From Octopus bimaculoides (taxonomy: Eukaryota), in the NCBI RefSeq assembly GCF_001194135.2, contig NC_069000.1, positions 1,419,164-1,483,163 of the forward strand: a stretch of 64,000 bases of DNA, given 5' to 3'. Below are positions 13,147 through 25,804 of this stretch, piece after piece. The notes under the pieces were generated by a model. The model worked only from the letters and a program-made list of their open reading frames with translations, was not told the origin of the DNA and searched no databases. Position numbers and translations under genes: made by a program. The stretch's first letter is position 1, and each line of letters starts with the position of its first letter.

Positions 13147-16100
13147 CTGGAAGAAGAAAAAAAGGAAATAAACATCTGTAAGTTGAAGGATGTGGCAAGG
13201 ATCAAAATAAACATATGTAAAGATATATTTTTATGATGTTCCTCTACAGGAGTCAAACATCAACAACTTCTACACAATCATACTTTTTATTTGAGAGTCA
13301 CTACAGTTCCTGTGGAGTCAGAGGAGGATTCTGAAGACATATTCCAAAACAACTGAGAGTGTCTACTTGTTGTGTGGCTGCTGTGTACTGGGAGACGGGG
13401 AGTTTAGTCAGAGAGAGAGAGAGAGAGAGTCAGTCTTCATACTATAAATATGAAAGTCACCTTCAATGATACAAATAGTTAAAAAAAAAAAGAACAAAAG
13501 AGAAGTTTTTAAGCAAGATCTACCTGGAGTTTCTGGTATTGGACGGTAACCAACTTCATTCTTGTCTAACTTGACCACAATTCCAGCACCATGGAAACCT
13601 TTGCATACTGTTTTCTTGTCTCGTTCCTTCATCGATTTGGTTTTCAACTCCAGATTGAAGTCAAGCTTTTTTGCCCATTCAGTTAAATCTGATTGGAGTT
13701 GAATGGCAGCAGATTGCTTTGGTTTGGCAAGTTTCTTTGATTTAATGCTTTCAGCCAAATAGAAACTGGAATGGGAAGAAAAATACCAAAATGGAATTAT
13801 TTGTCCTAACTTCAGCAAAACATTTCATTATGAAAAAATATATATACAAACACACACACACACATATATACATACATACACATGTATACACACACACACA
13901 CACACACATAAATACATACATACATACACATGCACACACACAATTTTCTCATCTACTCCGAAACCTCTATGTGTCTACTTGAAATGCTAAAAATAGCAAC
14001 CAAGTTGCTCCCTCTCAAATCACACTGAAACAACTTTAACATGGGATACAAAGAAGTAGGTTATCCTATCTCTGAGAAACTTTAATGAGTGTAGATCTGA
14101 TCAATCAGGGTTTATCTAGGCTGGAACTGGTTGGAAACAAAATCAAGAAAAGCCAACAGTTCATGAGGAAATGTCCACTTACAATACCAGTCACAGGTTA
14201 CATTATACAAACATAGATCAACCCTAGCACTTGATGCGAAATGGTTTAGCACAAGGAAATGTTGGTCTTCTAGTAATTCTTGCCCCAGCTAGATTACTTT
14301 ATGTGGACCCTCGTACTTCACTGGTCCTTAATTTTACTGATCCCAGAAGGGAGAACTTCACAACATAGAGAGCTTGCTATTAAATAGCACAATAAATTTT
14401 GTCCAACACTCTACCAATTCTAGTGACAAGTCTAATGTGCAGTATGTTATAAAGGGGTATCTTAGTTTAATAGTACATGGCATTCAGCTAGAATTTGAGA
14501 GGTACAGGGTTCGATCCTCTGTAGAGGCTTGCTGGTCACATATTTCACTGGCAGTGCCCCAGCATGGCCACAGCCTTAAGGCCAAAACATGTAAAAGAGT
14601 AAAGACAGAACACAGTAATATAAAACTATGACAATGCTGTGTTACCTGAGAGCTGCAAAAAGGTTTTCACCACGTGGAATGATGGCAGGACTTTCTTTGG
14701 CAGAATTAGCAGCAACAAAGACTGGTGCCTCTGTCGGGACATCTCTGTAATTCACAAGAAAACCATAAATTCAAAAGGGAGGGTGCTTCTCAAAAAGGCA
14801 GTTTATTTCCACGGAAACATGGAAAGAAAATGATTAAAATTTTCTTACCTGAAATAACCTAAATGGAATTGAGTTGTGTCATCGCCACGAATTACTGTCT
14901 GGAACTCTGGAGGGTCCAGGTAATAGCGCCAGTGAATGAGGTAGTTAGGGTAACGACCCTTGCTGTTTTTGCCATTTAATTGCTTGTGTTTACCAGCCAA
15001 AATATCAAAAGGTCCAACTAACTGGAACCCAAGAACATTACTGAAGCAATCTGGAAAAAGAAAAATTTCTTAAAATTAAAATTAACTGAACAAAAGATAC
15101 ATAATGATAGCAAGACATGGATGATGAATGTAGAGGCTATGTGAAGGCTGGAAAATGCACACTGGACACTCTGTACAGTGGTTGGTCACAGGAAGGGTTA
15201 AACAACGACAGTCTATTTGTCTGTTAAGCCAACAAGGAACATTCTACAGTCATGTGACCTGCTAGAAACAGCAGCTGAGTCTACCTCAAATAATGCTGTT
15301 TAGTTTTTAAGAAACAAAGACACAAAGTAACAATCCTGGATAGATTCAAAGTGGAGCAAAAAAAAGAAACAGGATGGTCATGGCTGGAACATCAAAAGTT
15401 TGTCTAGTTGACCTGTGGTTCAACAACAACACAAAGAATAAATAACAAAAAAAAATACAACAGATCTTACTGGTGGGATTTTCTGGATTAGTTGCTTCAC
15501 AGAACTTCCAGAGTTCATAAAAATCGTCTGGCATGTCAAATAAGAATTTCTCACGAATGTTTTCCTTGATGTCTTCAGGGGAAGGTGGAGGCGTTAAAGT
15601 TAACTCTTCTTCACATTTATCTGAAAAGGATTAAAAAGATAAAAAGTCTTTGTAAAACGAAATGTGATTAAAAAAAAAAAAAAAAGAAACCCTTTTTGAT
15701 ATCCGCCTTTCCTTGCTGAAGCAGATCCCCTGCGACCAAATGCCCTTCCTGTCAGCAACACTCATCTGTTTCAAAGGAAAGTAACATTTATCGTTGATGG
15801 CCAGACACGGAAGAAATGAAAGACACCACTTGTATGACAGTGACACTCATTTACAACTATCGTATGATGTTGAGATCAGGAAACACAATCACACCCCCAC
15901 ACACAGTGGGATTCCTTGCTCAAGTTGCCGTGCGATTGGACTAAACCCGAAGTCTTTTTTAAAATAATGTATATCTATGGGATCGACAGATGTATACAAC
16001 ACAATTTGGCAGAGGACCAGCAATTTCAAGAAAAGGAGTTGGTTACATCGACACCCAGTAACCACCTGGTCCTTTTTGCCCAGTGTGTTAATGATTGTCT

Positions 16101-18132
16101 TTATACAAGATATTAGGAAAATATAATGCTCACCTTGGCTTCCTTTATCCACGGGTTTGCTAGATTCCCCTGATGTTCCAGGGAGGCTCTCATCCTGCAG
16201 CTTTGCATCATCACTTGTCTTTTCAGTCTCCCTTAATACATCAGTGTCATCATCAGATGATGTAGACCCCGTTTTATGTGGATCTAATTTGGGCTTTTTA
16301 GAAAAAGGCTCTGTATTATCCTTTGCAATAGAAGAAAGTTTGCATTTATATATATATACACACACATACATACATATACATAACATATATAACTGGGACG
16401 CTATCAGTTACGAAGACACAGGTTCCAGCTGATAGCCAATCAACAGAACTACCTGCTTCTGATATCAAAATGAGTAAGACAAGATTAGGTAAATTTACCT
16501 CTTCAATTCTCCAGAATTATATTTGGAAAAAGACTCATACACATTAATATCCATCCATAGACATCGGAAAGATAAGGAATTTTGTTTTTAAATATCTCGG
16601 TCAAATGAATGAGGCTCATGTTAAAATGGCATACAGAAACTCGACTAATTAACAAAATAGACGTTAGTATGACAAAAATTGACTCGGAATGCAACACAGA
16701 AAAGAATATTGATTGTTAAACACCCAAAATTATTTAGATACTTTTTATTAGCAATCTCAATTACAATCGGGTCAAATTTGAGAAAAAAATTCTTGGAGAA
16801 AAAAAAAAAAGGTACCTATCACCTCTGCTTCAAACTCTTTCAATTCCAACAACAATGGTGACCAATTTTTATTTCTGAGGATGATGCAATACTTGCAAGG
16901 TAATGGTTTCAAATAGGTAGGGAGACAGTTACGAGGAATCAGAGACTACTCATTTTGTTCGTCGCACCAATAATAATAAACTTTTTGCATAGTGCTCTGG
17001 TGCACTACAACCAGTCGGAAAAAGGTAAAAAAAAAATTTGCGGGTGGTGGGGTGGGGAATAGAAAACAGCAATATGTAAAAAAAGGGGGCAATGATAACC
17101 AAACGTGCATTCGTAATAGAAATATAACCCCAAAAGGGAGAAGATTGAACAGCAAAAGTCATAAAGAGGAAATACATTAGGAGTAGATTGGGGAATTTCG
17201 GGAAACGGAATTTTTGAGAGATGCAGTGTTTTAAAAGAGACGTGGTTAGTTTATTTCGATGGAAGGATTTCTAGAGATGCAATGATCTACCTATGTGCCA
17301 CAAATCCATCAAGAAAGAAATTTTGGCGAAGCTATATTTTAGCGGGCAGTGAAATACTTTTAGTTTGCTTGTTAAGATTTCTTTGTTATACGCAACAAAA
17401 TACCTAAACATGTTTTCATGGAACATCAAAGTTTCATCTTGTTCTTTTTAAATCTGTAAACATTAACCTTTTGTTTTACATTTTCAAATAAAATAACCCA
17501 AACAGTCATTGGATCCCTTTTAATAAACCCCTTTTTCATATAAGAACATGTTGCCGTTTCTATGGTTTCAAAAATAAATAAAAACTTGAAAAGTGATACT
17601 GAGAATTTTTCACGCGCCATAAATATATTCTAGCAGGTATTACAATAAAAATGCAACCAATATATCAGCGACTGCATTATCTAATATATCTTTCCTTTGT
17701 AAAAGACTATAGTAAGGTAATAAAAGAAGTCTGGCTGTTATTTCAAGCAGCTCGAGCTGCGTAGGCAGGAAGTGTCAGAAATTAGAAGGATAACAGAAAA
17801 TACGTGTCGTTTATCTGTTTGGCAAGGAATATTCTAACATATGTGAAACGATTCTGAAGAGAAATTTGTAGGATGAATAAATAAAAAGGGGGTGACATTT
17901 GGCGGGAAACTCGAGTTGTTTACAATATTATTACACGTGCTGAGACAATAGATGAATATGTCAAACTGACCTGGTCATCCTGGCTCTGCTGCTCTTCACT
18001 TTCAGGTTTATTTGGGTGGCGGTATTCCCGCAAGTGATTCGGATTCTTCCTATAACATTTCTCACCATATTTACACATTGGTCGTTTATCTTTATTCGCC
18101 GTGACAACGGTGACGGGATTTACAGCTGCCAT
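12833..18132 (-). CDS. HPF1: Histone PARylation factor 1 with N-terminal PBZ zinc finger, 7 coding exons, 451 aa
   Basis: Hand-spliced join (minus) 18132-17971, 16320-16134, 15620-15471, 15050-14849, 14744-14646, 13765-13524, 13146-12833 = 1356 nt. All introns GT-AG, phases 0,1,1,2,2,1. Translation contains HPF1 family motifs [57 protein letters not shown] and [15 protein letters not shown]. Confidence 0.96.
13524..13765 (-). CDS. HPF1: HPF1 exon 6
   Basis: cccattccAG|; SFYLAES...[29 protein letters not shown]; |GTAGAT. Confidence 0.95.
14646..14744 (-). CDS. HPF1: HPF1 exon 5 (absent from the ORF track)
   Basis: ttacAG|; [33 protein letters not shown]; |GTAACA; phase 2 to 2. Confidence 0.93.
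14849..15050 (-). CDS. HPF1: HPF1 exon 4 (absent from the ORF track)
   Basis: ctttttccAG|; [22 protein letters not shown]...[28 protein letters not shown]; |GTAAGA. Confidence 0.95.
15471..15620 (-). CDS. HPF1: HPF1 exon 3
   Basis: ccttttcAG|; [50 protein letters not shown]; |GTAAGA. Confidence 0.93.
16134..16320 (-). CDS. HPF1: HPF1 exon 2 (acidic linker, KKPK basic patch)
   Basis: Acceptor ctttcttctattgcaaAG (less common AAG), [12 protein letters not shown]...DKGSQ, donor caag|GTGAGC; phase 0 to 1 fits both neighbours. Confidence 0.8.
17898..17909 (-). promoter_or_regulatory. E2F-type site TTTCCCGCCAAA in HPF1 intron 1
   Basis: Plus strand tttggcgggaaa, about 60 nt inside intron 1, within a locally CpG-richer stretch (about 17.0-18.3 kb). 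Confidence 0.45.
17971..18132 (-). CDS. HPF1: HPF1 exon 1 (PBZ zinc finger)
   Basis: MAAVNP...[25 protein letters not shown]...QDDQ has the C-x5-C-x6-H-x5-H PBZ spacing; donor cag|GTCAGT at 17970. Confidence 0.92.
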
Positions 18133-19184
18133 GTTTAAACTAAGAAATTTATCTCCTAGAACGGAGAGTTCGTTGCTCTTTCAACAAGAAGCAATGTTTC
18201 GGGCCAGTAAAGCGACCGGAACCTCTTAATTGCTAACCGTAGCTTTCGTCTTTTATAATTGCATCCTCACCTGAGAAGCTTTGGGACTCGCACACACCTC
18301 TCCACTACTCCCAAGTTGACTGGTATGAGAGGTCATCCTTAGTCGTAAAGCAATTCTTGACACTTTGGAAAGGAAAATCTTTTCCTTCTGTAATTCAAGC
18401 TATCATTTCATTTTGGGCCCTTCTCATTTTCTACTTTTAAATCGGCATATATCTCTCGAGTCATTTTTGTCTGGCAGTACAGGCAACCACTACTTCGCTG
18501 AAAAGGTCTAATAGGACTGAAACATGTCCAAAGTTGTCATCATGCTGCCAAGATCAGACTCATTCTCTACATAATTACCTGCATACTAATTTGGTTGGTC
18601 TGGGGCCATAGTAGAAGACACTTGCCCAAGGTGCCACACAGTGGGACTGAACTTAACATCACATAGTTAGGAAGCAGACTTCTTGATACCCTGGTTTACA
18701 GCATTAAATTACAAGCAACCTGGGAACATTTCCTGCGAGCTGAGTCAAGCTGGTTAAGTCCTTCCAGGGATGGGAAAATTGCAGAACCTTTTTAATTAGA
18801 TGTCTGTTATCTTATTGACTCAGACAACCATGTTCTCTCCCCTCTATCTTTCTCTTCTCCTCCTTCTATCACTCTTCCAAGTGAGCTGTTATTGAATTTC
18901 ACTCTTACATCTTCCTTCGGCTGCTTGAAATAACCATGGTAAACTTCTACATTGCCTTTTAGCCTGTTAGAAATAGCAGCCAAATATCCCTCAAACTACA
19001 TTATACTGCTTAGAAAAAAGAAATGGGGGACTTATTGAGTAATGTAGTGCTAGTATACACCCTGTATGAAAAAATAAGATGAAATGGTCATGGCTGGGAA
19101 GCCTTTATTCATACATCTCCTTACTAAGGGCCAAGATAGGGCTAAACCATCACAATAGCAATAAATATTGTGTGAAGACAGATA

Positions 19185-19217
<33 letters not shown>

Positions 19218-19789
19218 AATTATTGTCTACAGTGCTCAGGTCAACCGTTTAGCATTCAGATTTCTCTGTCAAATCTCATTTATTCAGGCAAAGCAATGTC
19301 CTCATATTAGCCTTGGGATCTTTAGACTTATGAGATGCTCACACAACTGGCCAGTGGGCCCATGCTTTAAGACAAGGAGGAAAAGGGAGCTGCCAGTACT
19401 GCTGATTCTGAGAGAGAGAGAGAGAGGATGATTGATCCCAGTACTCGATTGGTACTTTATTTTATCGACCCAGAAAGGATGAAAGGCAAGGTAGATTTTG
19501 GTGAGGTTTGAACACAGAGTGCAGAAGGTTGAAGTGAATATTGCAGTCTATTTGACAGGCTAACAACTCCACCAATTGGCCACCTTTTATTAATGAAACA
19601 AAAACACCAAATATTTGATAGACAATAGTTTAATAAGTATAAATCACATTCATGGTTTACATAGTTTTACTACAAATATTAACAGCATTATTATTATTAT
19701 CATTATTATTATTACAAAGAATTTGATAGTGAGGGACATATTTTTAACACTTGTTACCAAAAGAAAAGAAAGTGTTACATAAAATATTA

Positions 19790-20002
19790 GGTTCAAATTT
19801 TGGCACAAGGCCAGCAATTTCCAGTGGGGTGGGGTAAGTCGATTATATCGACCCCAGTTTGCAACTGGTACTTATTTTATCATCCCTAAAAGGATGAAAG
19901 GCAAAGTTGACCTCAGTGGAATCAGAACTTAGAATGTAAAGACGTATGAAATGCCACTCAGCGTTCTGTCTGGTGTGCTAACGATTCTGCCAGCTGACCA
20001 CC
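19790..20002 (-). mobile_element. SINE family A copy
   Basis: Reverse complement aligns by eye along the full family A consensus. Confidence 0.8.
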
Positions 20003-21326
20003 CTCCTCTGGTACATAGAGTAATATCTTTTCTTGACAAAAGGACAATTGATGTTTATCAACGAGAAATATAATTTTCATACTTTTAGCCATTTTGTCAC
20101 ATCTGAGGAGATGAAAGGAAAAACTGAGCCTTTATTATTTGAATAGCTTAGTTAAAGGAGGAAATGTAGCATCTCTGACCCTTTTCAGGGACTGCTAGGC
20201 AGGAATTCTCCTCAAACTGGACACCTGGCCCCAAAACTTCCAGCAAAGTGGACATTGCTAAACACTTTCAGAGTGACCAAGTGATGGTGATTATTAAACT
20301 GGATAACAAATTAAACCCCAACAACCTCAAAACAGGATTAGTAATCCCTTCAGTGAGGATTCTTCACAGTTTCTGTCAACCAGATTTTGATTAATCTGAA
20401 GTTTTGGTGAAAGACACTTGTTTAAAGTGCCACACCCGAGATTGAACCTGATGCTATGTAGTTCCAAAGCAAACCGTTTAACCACTGAGTCAAACCCTTG
20501 AAATGGGAAGACAAGAGAAACTAGGGAGATCGATCTAGGTCTGCTCCTCTACTCTTCCTGCCAACTCGATTTGTACTTTATTTCATTTGGTACCCCTAAG
20601 GGTTGAAAGCAAAGTTCTACCCAGTGGATTTGAACCTAGAACGTAAAACCAGAACACGACCAAATATTAGACTTCATCAGTTTGTGCATTGTTCCTGCAG
20701 TTCTTCTAGTCTTCCTGCTACCGTCATAACAGACAAATGCCCAAAGAAAAAAAATCTATATTTTTTTGTAAAAAAACAAAAAAACTTCTTTCCCCATGTT
20801 CATTATTTTATTAAAAATTTTTCAATATTTGAAACACAAAAATATGACACGTCATCATTTACAGTATAAAATTAACAAGGAAAATACATTTTTTCTCTTC
20901 ATACAAAAAGCTTATAACTAAACTCAGTCTGAATTAGTAAATCCTTGATTCTCAGACTACTACTACAAATAATAATAATAATACAAATGACCACACTCTT
21001 AACTTTGGCCTCTCAAGACCAATAGAGACCTACTACTACTACTACTACTATATATATATAAATGGGAGCTAAAATACTTAATATGATGAGCCATGGAAAA
21101 GAATTTTGACTTAATTATAATTACACCCGTAATGAAGAGCAAAAACAATCATTAATTGTTAATGACAAAGTTGTGTATAAAAAAAAAGGGGCAAGGGAGA
21201 CAATTCCGAAATCCAATTATAAAATGCAGTGAAGAGCTTGATCAATGAATGACACAATTCCATTCAGTTATTGCTGGTATGAAATATATTTTACTAAAGA
21301 AAGAAAGAGAGAGAGAGAGTAAAGCG

Positions 21327-21434
21327 TGTTTGCCAACATAACATGGCAGTCCTGGTCTGGAGATGATGTCTCCTGGGGTTAAATTACAGCAACATTCGTC
21401 CTAAACCAGGATTGCCATGTTATGTTGGCAAACA
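21327..21434. other. Long hairpin / inverted repeat
   Basis: TGTTTGCCAACATAACATGGCA (21327-21348) is the exact reverse complement of 21413-21434; pairing continues inward with mismatches. Confidence 0.9.
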
Positions 21435-21852
21435 ATCTTTACTCCAAAGTACTGTTGCTGAATATCTCACGTTCTGAGATTTAAAAATAGTGATTTTTCT
21501 AATTGAAGTGATACTCAACTATTTCTCTAGGGACGTTAACAAGCTACCTCCAAGGTAAACATAGGCACATTCTAGAAAATAGCAATTTTAGGATCTGTAA
21601 ACATTGTTAGTGTATTCTTCCATGAAATATTTTTGCTCATCATAAATATATTTGTTGACGCTGAACATTTTTATTAACCTGACACATTCTCATTAACCTT
21701 GATCATTCCTCGTTAACTGTGAATGCCTCTGCATGTTTCCCATTGTTAACACCCTCGTTTAGCCTGAACACTTCCAGGCATCTTTTCCAAGTTGTCTCTC
21801 CAAATTCTTGTTTTGAAAAAGGAAACTCTTGATGCATTTTTCAAACCATGAC

Positions 21853-21884
<32 letters not shown>

Positions 21885-23967
21885 TAATAATAACAATAAT
21901 AATTGTTTTTAATTTAGACAAAAAGTTTGAAATTTATAGGAGGAAGTTAGTTGATATCATTGACAGGATTTGAACTCACAATCCACAGAATCATTGCTAA
22001 ATACCATAAAATATTCTATCTGATGTTTAACAACTCTGCCAAGCTAGTAATAGTAATAATTCTTTCTACTATAGGCACAAGGCCTGAAATTTGTGGGGAG
22101 GGGCACTAGTTGATTAAATCAACTGCATCACTAGCACTTAATTTATGAACTCCAAAAGGATGAAAGATAAAATCAACTCTGGCAGAATTTGAACTCAGAA
22201 AGACAGGTGAAATGCAGCTGGGCGTGGTCGTGATTCTGCCAGCTCACTGCCTTAATAATAATAATAATAATAATAATAATTTTTTCTGTGTAAGGCAAGA
22301 GGATAGAGACAATGCAATTGACAACTTGTGAATCACTGATTTTTTATTGAACTTCAGTCATTGAACTGTGACCATGCTGGAGCAATGCTTTCAGAATATA
22401 TAAGTAATTACATCAACCACCAGTACTCATTTTATTACCTTCAAGTATGAAAGGATAAGATGGACTTCATTGGGATTTGAACTCAGATTGTAAAAACGCA
22501 TGTTTAAAATACCACAAAATGTATGAGCTAATGAGAAAACTATGTGGTCATTTGACCAGCAAGAAATAGTAGTCAAATTTTCTTCTGGGTTCTTTGTATA
22601 GAGGAAATGGACTTGATGTTCATGGTTGGAATGTCTTTGATCAAAGGTCTGCTTGACCAGGACTGTTCAACGACAACAGCAACTAAAATGTATTTTATCC
22701 AATGTTTTGTGATTTTTGACATTTACTAAAAGAAAAGATCTCTTTTTAAGTGGGTTTTTCTTTTACAAAACCATCATCTACAAGCTTCCACATCTTTCCA
22801 TGTTTTGTGTAATCTTTTCTATGAAGTTCAAGGGTTTCGATGTTGTTGTTTTTTTTTCAAAATCCAGATCTAATAAGAAGGTCCACTATTGCTGTAATTA
22901 ATCTCTTATTCATAACCAACTTGTTCTCTCCACTGCTTCTTCATCCATAAGCTTTGTAAGCACAAACGAGCAGAGTCAGACCTCTAGTGTATAAAACACC
23001 TGTTAATACTCATGAGCATGTTTCTCATTCCATTTGTGCTCTTTCATTTGCATAAATTTGAATTGCACATTCACATTGAGCCTCAACATGGTCTCTTGAC
23101 TTGCTGGAAGTAGAAGCCAAATTTTCGTTACATCTTAAAAGAAATTGATAAGTGTAATATTAGCTGTGTGATACCTACATTTGACAAAATAATCTCAATG
23201 CTAAACGTTTAAATTAATTCTTGAGCTTTTTTCTTTTGCATTTCTTCTTCTTTTATTCACCTTTTTCTAACTTGGAAGATGTCCTCACCAGCATCTTCTC
23301 TCTTCTGTAACTGGAGTAGCCATGTATCTCTCCTACAGCAAGACACCTGTTCCTCCTGGCCCTTCATCAGATTAGAACCTCTCATGCCCGGTATAAAGCC
23401 ACCCCTCTCAATTGGGAGGGGCCTTGCCTTGTGAGTTCCTTTGTGATTTCATGGGTGCCAGTGCCTCATATAAAGCACCTGGGACATTCTGTAGTGATTG
23501 GCAGCATTAGGAAAGGCATCTAAGCTTAGAAACTATGCCAAAGCAGACAACAACAGCTTGCTACTCTTCTCTGGCTCGCCAACGCCTGTCAAACTGTCAA
23601 ACCCATGCCAGCAAGGAAAACGGACACTGAATGGTGATGAAAATGACCTTCCAGTACTTGATTGGTCCTTTATTTCATTTACCCTGCCAGAATTAAAGGC
23701 TAAACTGGCCTTGATGGAATTTGAACTCAGAATGTAAAAGTCCATAACTAAGTACCACAAGGCATTTTGCTTCAATTCTTCAATGATACCAGTTTTCTTT
23801 CTTATTTTATTGTATTTGTTTTTTATCAGCCCCTGACACAATAAAATTGAAACACTGAAACCCTAGGAAATTGGTAAGGGTCTGCACCAGCAAAGTACAA
23901 AAAAGTTCACAAAGTGGAATAAATCAATCTGCAGTGATGAAGTCTTGCACTATAAAGTCAGATAAAA

Positions 23968-24111
23968 GTCACGAATAATTTATGCAGAGGAGTCACGAAT
24001 AATTTATGCAAAGGAGTCACGAATAATTTATGCAGAGGAGTCACGAATAATTTATGCAAAGGAGTTACAAATAACTTATGGAGATGAATCACATATAATT
24101 TACCCAGGGTT
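23968..24111 (+). repeat. 24-bp minisatellite (GTCACGAATAATTTATGCARAGGA)x4 plus 2 degenerate units
   Basis: Units start at 23968, 23992, 24016 and 24040 with G/A alternating; no unique spacers. Confidence 0.92.
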
Positions 24112-24674
24112 TCCAAATAAGAGATGAAACTTAAGCTGTGTAGAAGTCATAACTCAGGCTTAATTCTTTTGATACCAACCTGCCCCTGGTTCTTTAATAC
24201 AAACTTTCATGTTTTAAAGCAATCTGAATTAACAACTTCCATCAAAATTTCATGTTAATATATGTTCAGAACATCAGGTGAATTAATGACAAAAGTCATT
24301 TGATTAAATTTTGCATTTTTGTACAAATTAAGTGACACAAAGGCAGTGTGTTTGAAGAGAAACATAATAAAAAAGGGAGAAAGGTGACACATAAATTATG
24401 CAAAGTAGAGGTGATAAGTTACAAAGTGATCACATAGAAGTTAATGGGAGTTCAGATGTAATTATGTAGTTATGCAGAGGTCATACAATAAATTATGCAG
24501 GATTATGCATAGGAATCTCATCACTCTGTGGCCTACAAGAAAATATTGATTCACAATACTAATAATGACTTAATAAAAACAACATTACTACAACCACCAC
24601 CACCACCACCATCAGTCAACAACAACAACAAAAAACCCAGCAATAACAATGAGCCACAAAGGAAGGCTCAACTT

Positions 24675-24850
24675 CCTAGAAATAGCAACCAAATCCTTCC
24701 CACCATGACACCCTAGCATCTTCATAAGAAGACACAATAGTGTAGTCCTAGATACACTAATGCACTGAATAAAAACACAGGGTGGTCACAGTAGCACTGC
24801 CTCTGATCATGGGCTTTTCTCAGGCACGTCTGACCAGGGGCTAAACAATC
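24675..24850 (+). repeat. Abundant short dispersed repeat of unknown class
   Basis: ctagaaatagcagccaaat...gtagtcctagat...ggtca...ggggctaaacaac. At least a dozen degenerate copies, e.g. near 2200, 13985, 15255, 18960, 22550, 38055, 38240, 40790(-), 49995, 51420, 60060, 60570. Confidence 0.7.
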
Positions 24851-25142
24851 CCAATGTTAACAAACTAACTTTCTGTTTGAAACACTTTTGTAGCTTCTTT
24901 GAATCACTGTTTAAAACCCACATGTAGCATTCAAAAAAATAGGGTCCAGGTAGGGTCTTAAAACCTAAATTTTGCATAGGAACAACACAACCTCGTTAAA
25001 GACAAGATAATCACATCATCGTTAACAACAATAACAAAAATCAAGGTTATTTCTAATGCTGTTTATCACTTAAAAGTTACAAACAAATAAGAATTCAAAC
25101 AAAGAAACATATATACATATACATATATATATNNNNNNNNNN

Positions 25143-25175
<33 letters not shown>

Positions 25176-25559
25176 TGTGTAATAACTAAATTATATATTA
25201 TACACTTTATTGTGTTTCGTTATGTGCGTGATCACTTGGTCTATGGGAAAAATGTCTTGCACGAAACCGGTCGTTCGTGCAAAAAAGCTTGAGAACCGCT
25301 GCCTTACGCGCAGTTTCAGTACCATCACTCCAGCAGCTAACTTGCTCGATAACAATATAATGGCACTTATCATATCATTGAAGTTGGCAGCAAATTAGCA
25401 GGAAGCCAGAAAAGATCGAGCAAGTTAAGATTCACAATGATTCAGGTGTACACAGGTACATTCTTGGAAGAGGTAGTAAACAAGTCATTGGCTTTGAAAT
25501 GATATAGCAAGCTAAGTAAAAACTATGTTATCACTAGTGAAAAACTTGCAACTAATGGA

Positions 25560-25616
25560 GATTTCTCTCTCTCTTTCTCTTTCTCTTTCTCTATCTATCT
25601 ATCTATCTATCTATCC

Positions 25617-25652
<36 letters not shown>

Positions 25653-25745
25653 GTCTGTCTGTCTGTCTATCTAGCTATCTAGCTAGCTCTCTTTCTCTCT
25701 CTCTTCTTCTCTGTATACATACATACATACGTACATACGTATGTA
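25560..25745. repeat. Compound (CT)n/(TCTA)n/(TCTG)n/(TACA)n microsatellite
   Basis: Direct reading. Confidence 0.9.
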
Positions 25746-25798
25746 TAAACAATAACACAAATAGGTTGAGGTTCACTACAGCTGTTTCAGACGTGTTC

Positions 25799-25804
25799 TT
25801 TATT
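25799..25804 (-). terminator. Candidate poly(A) signal of gene 2
   Basis: AATAAA about 370 nt after the stop, followed about 45 nt later by GU/U-rich tttgtgttattgttt. Confidence 0.45.

Noticed and set aside
16503-16697. Possible extra HPF1 exon with donor gag|GTAAAT
   Set aside because: No usable acceptor gives an open frame, and exon 1 joins exon 2 in phase without it.
23968-24111. CRISPR-like periodic repeat
   Set aside because: Units are contiguous with no unique spacers, and the context is eukaryotic.
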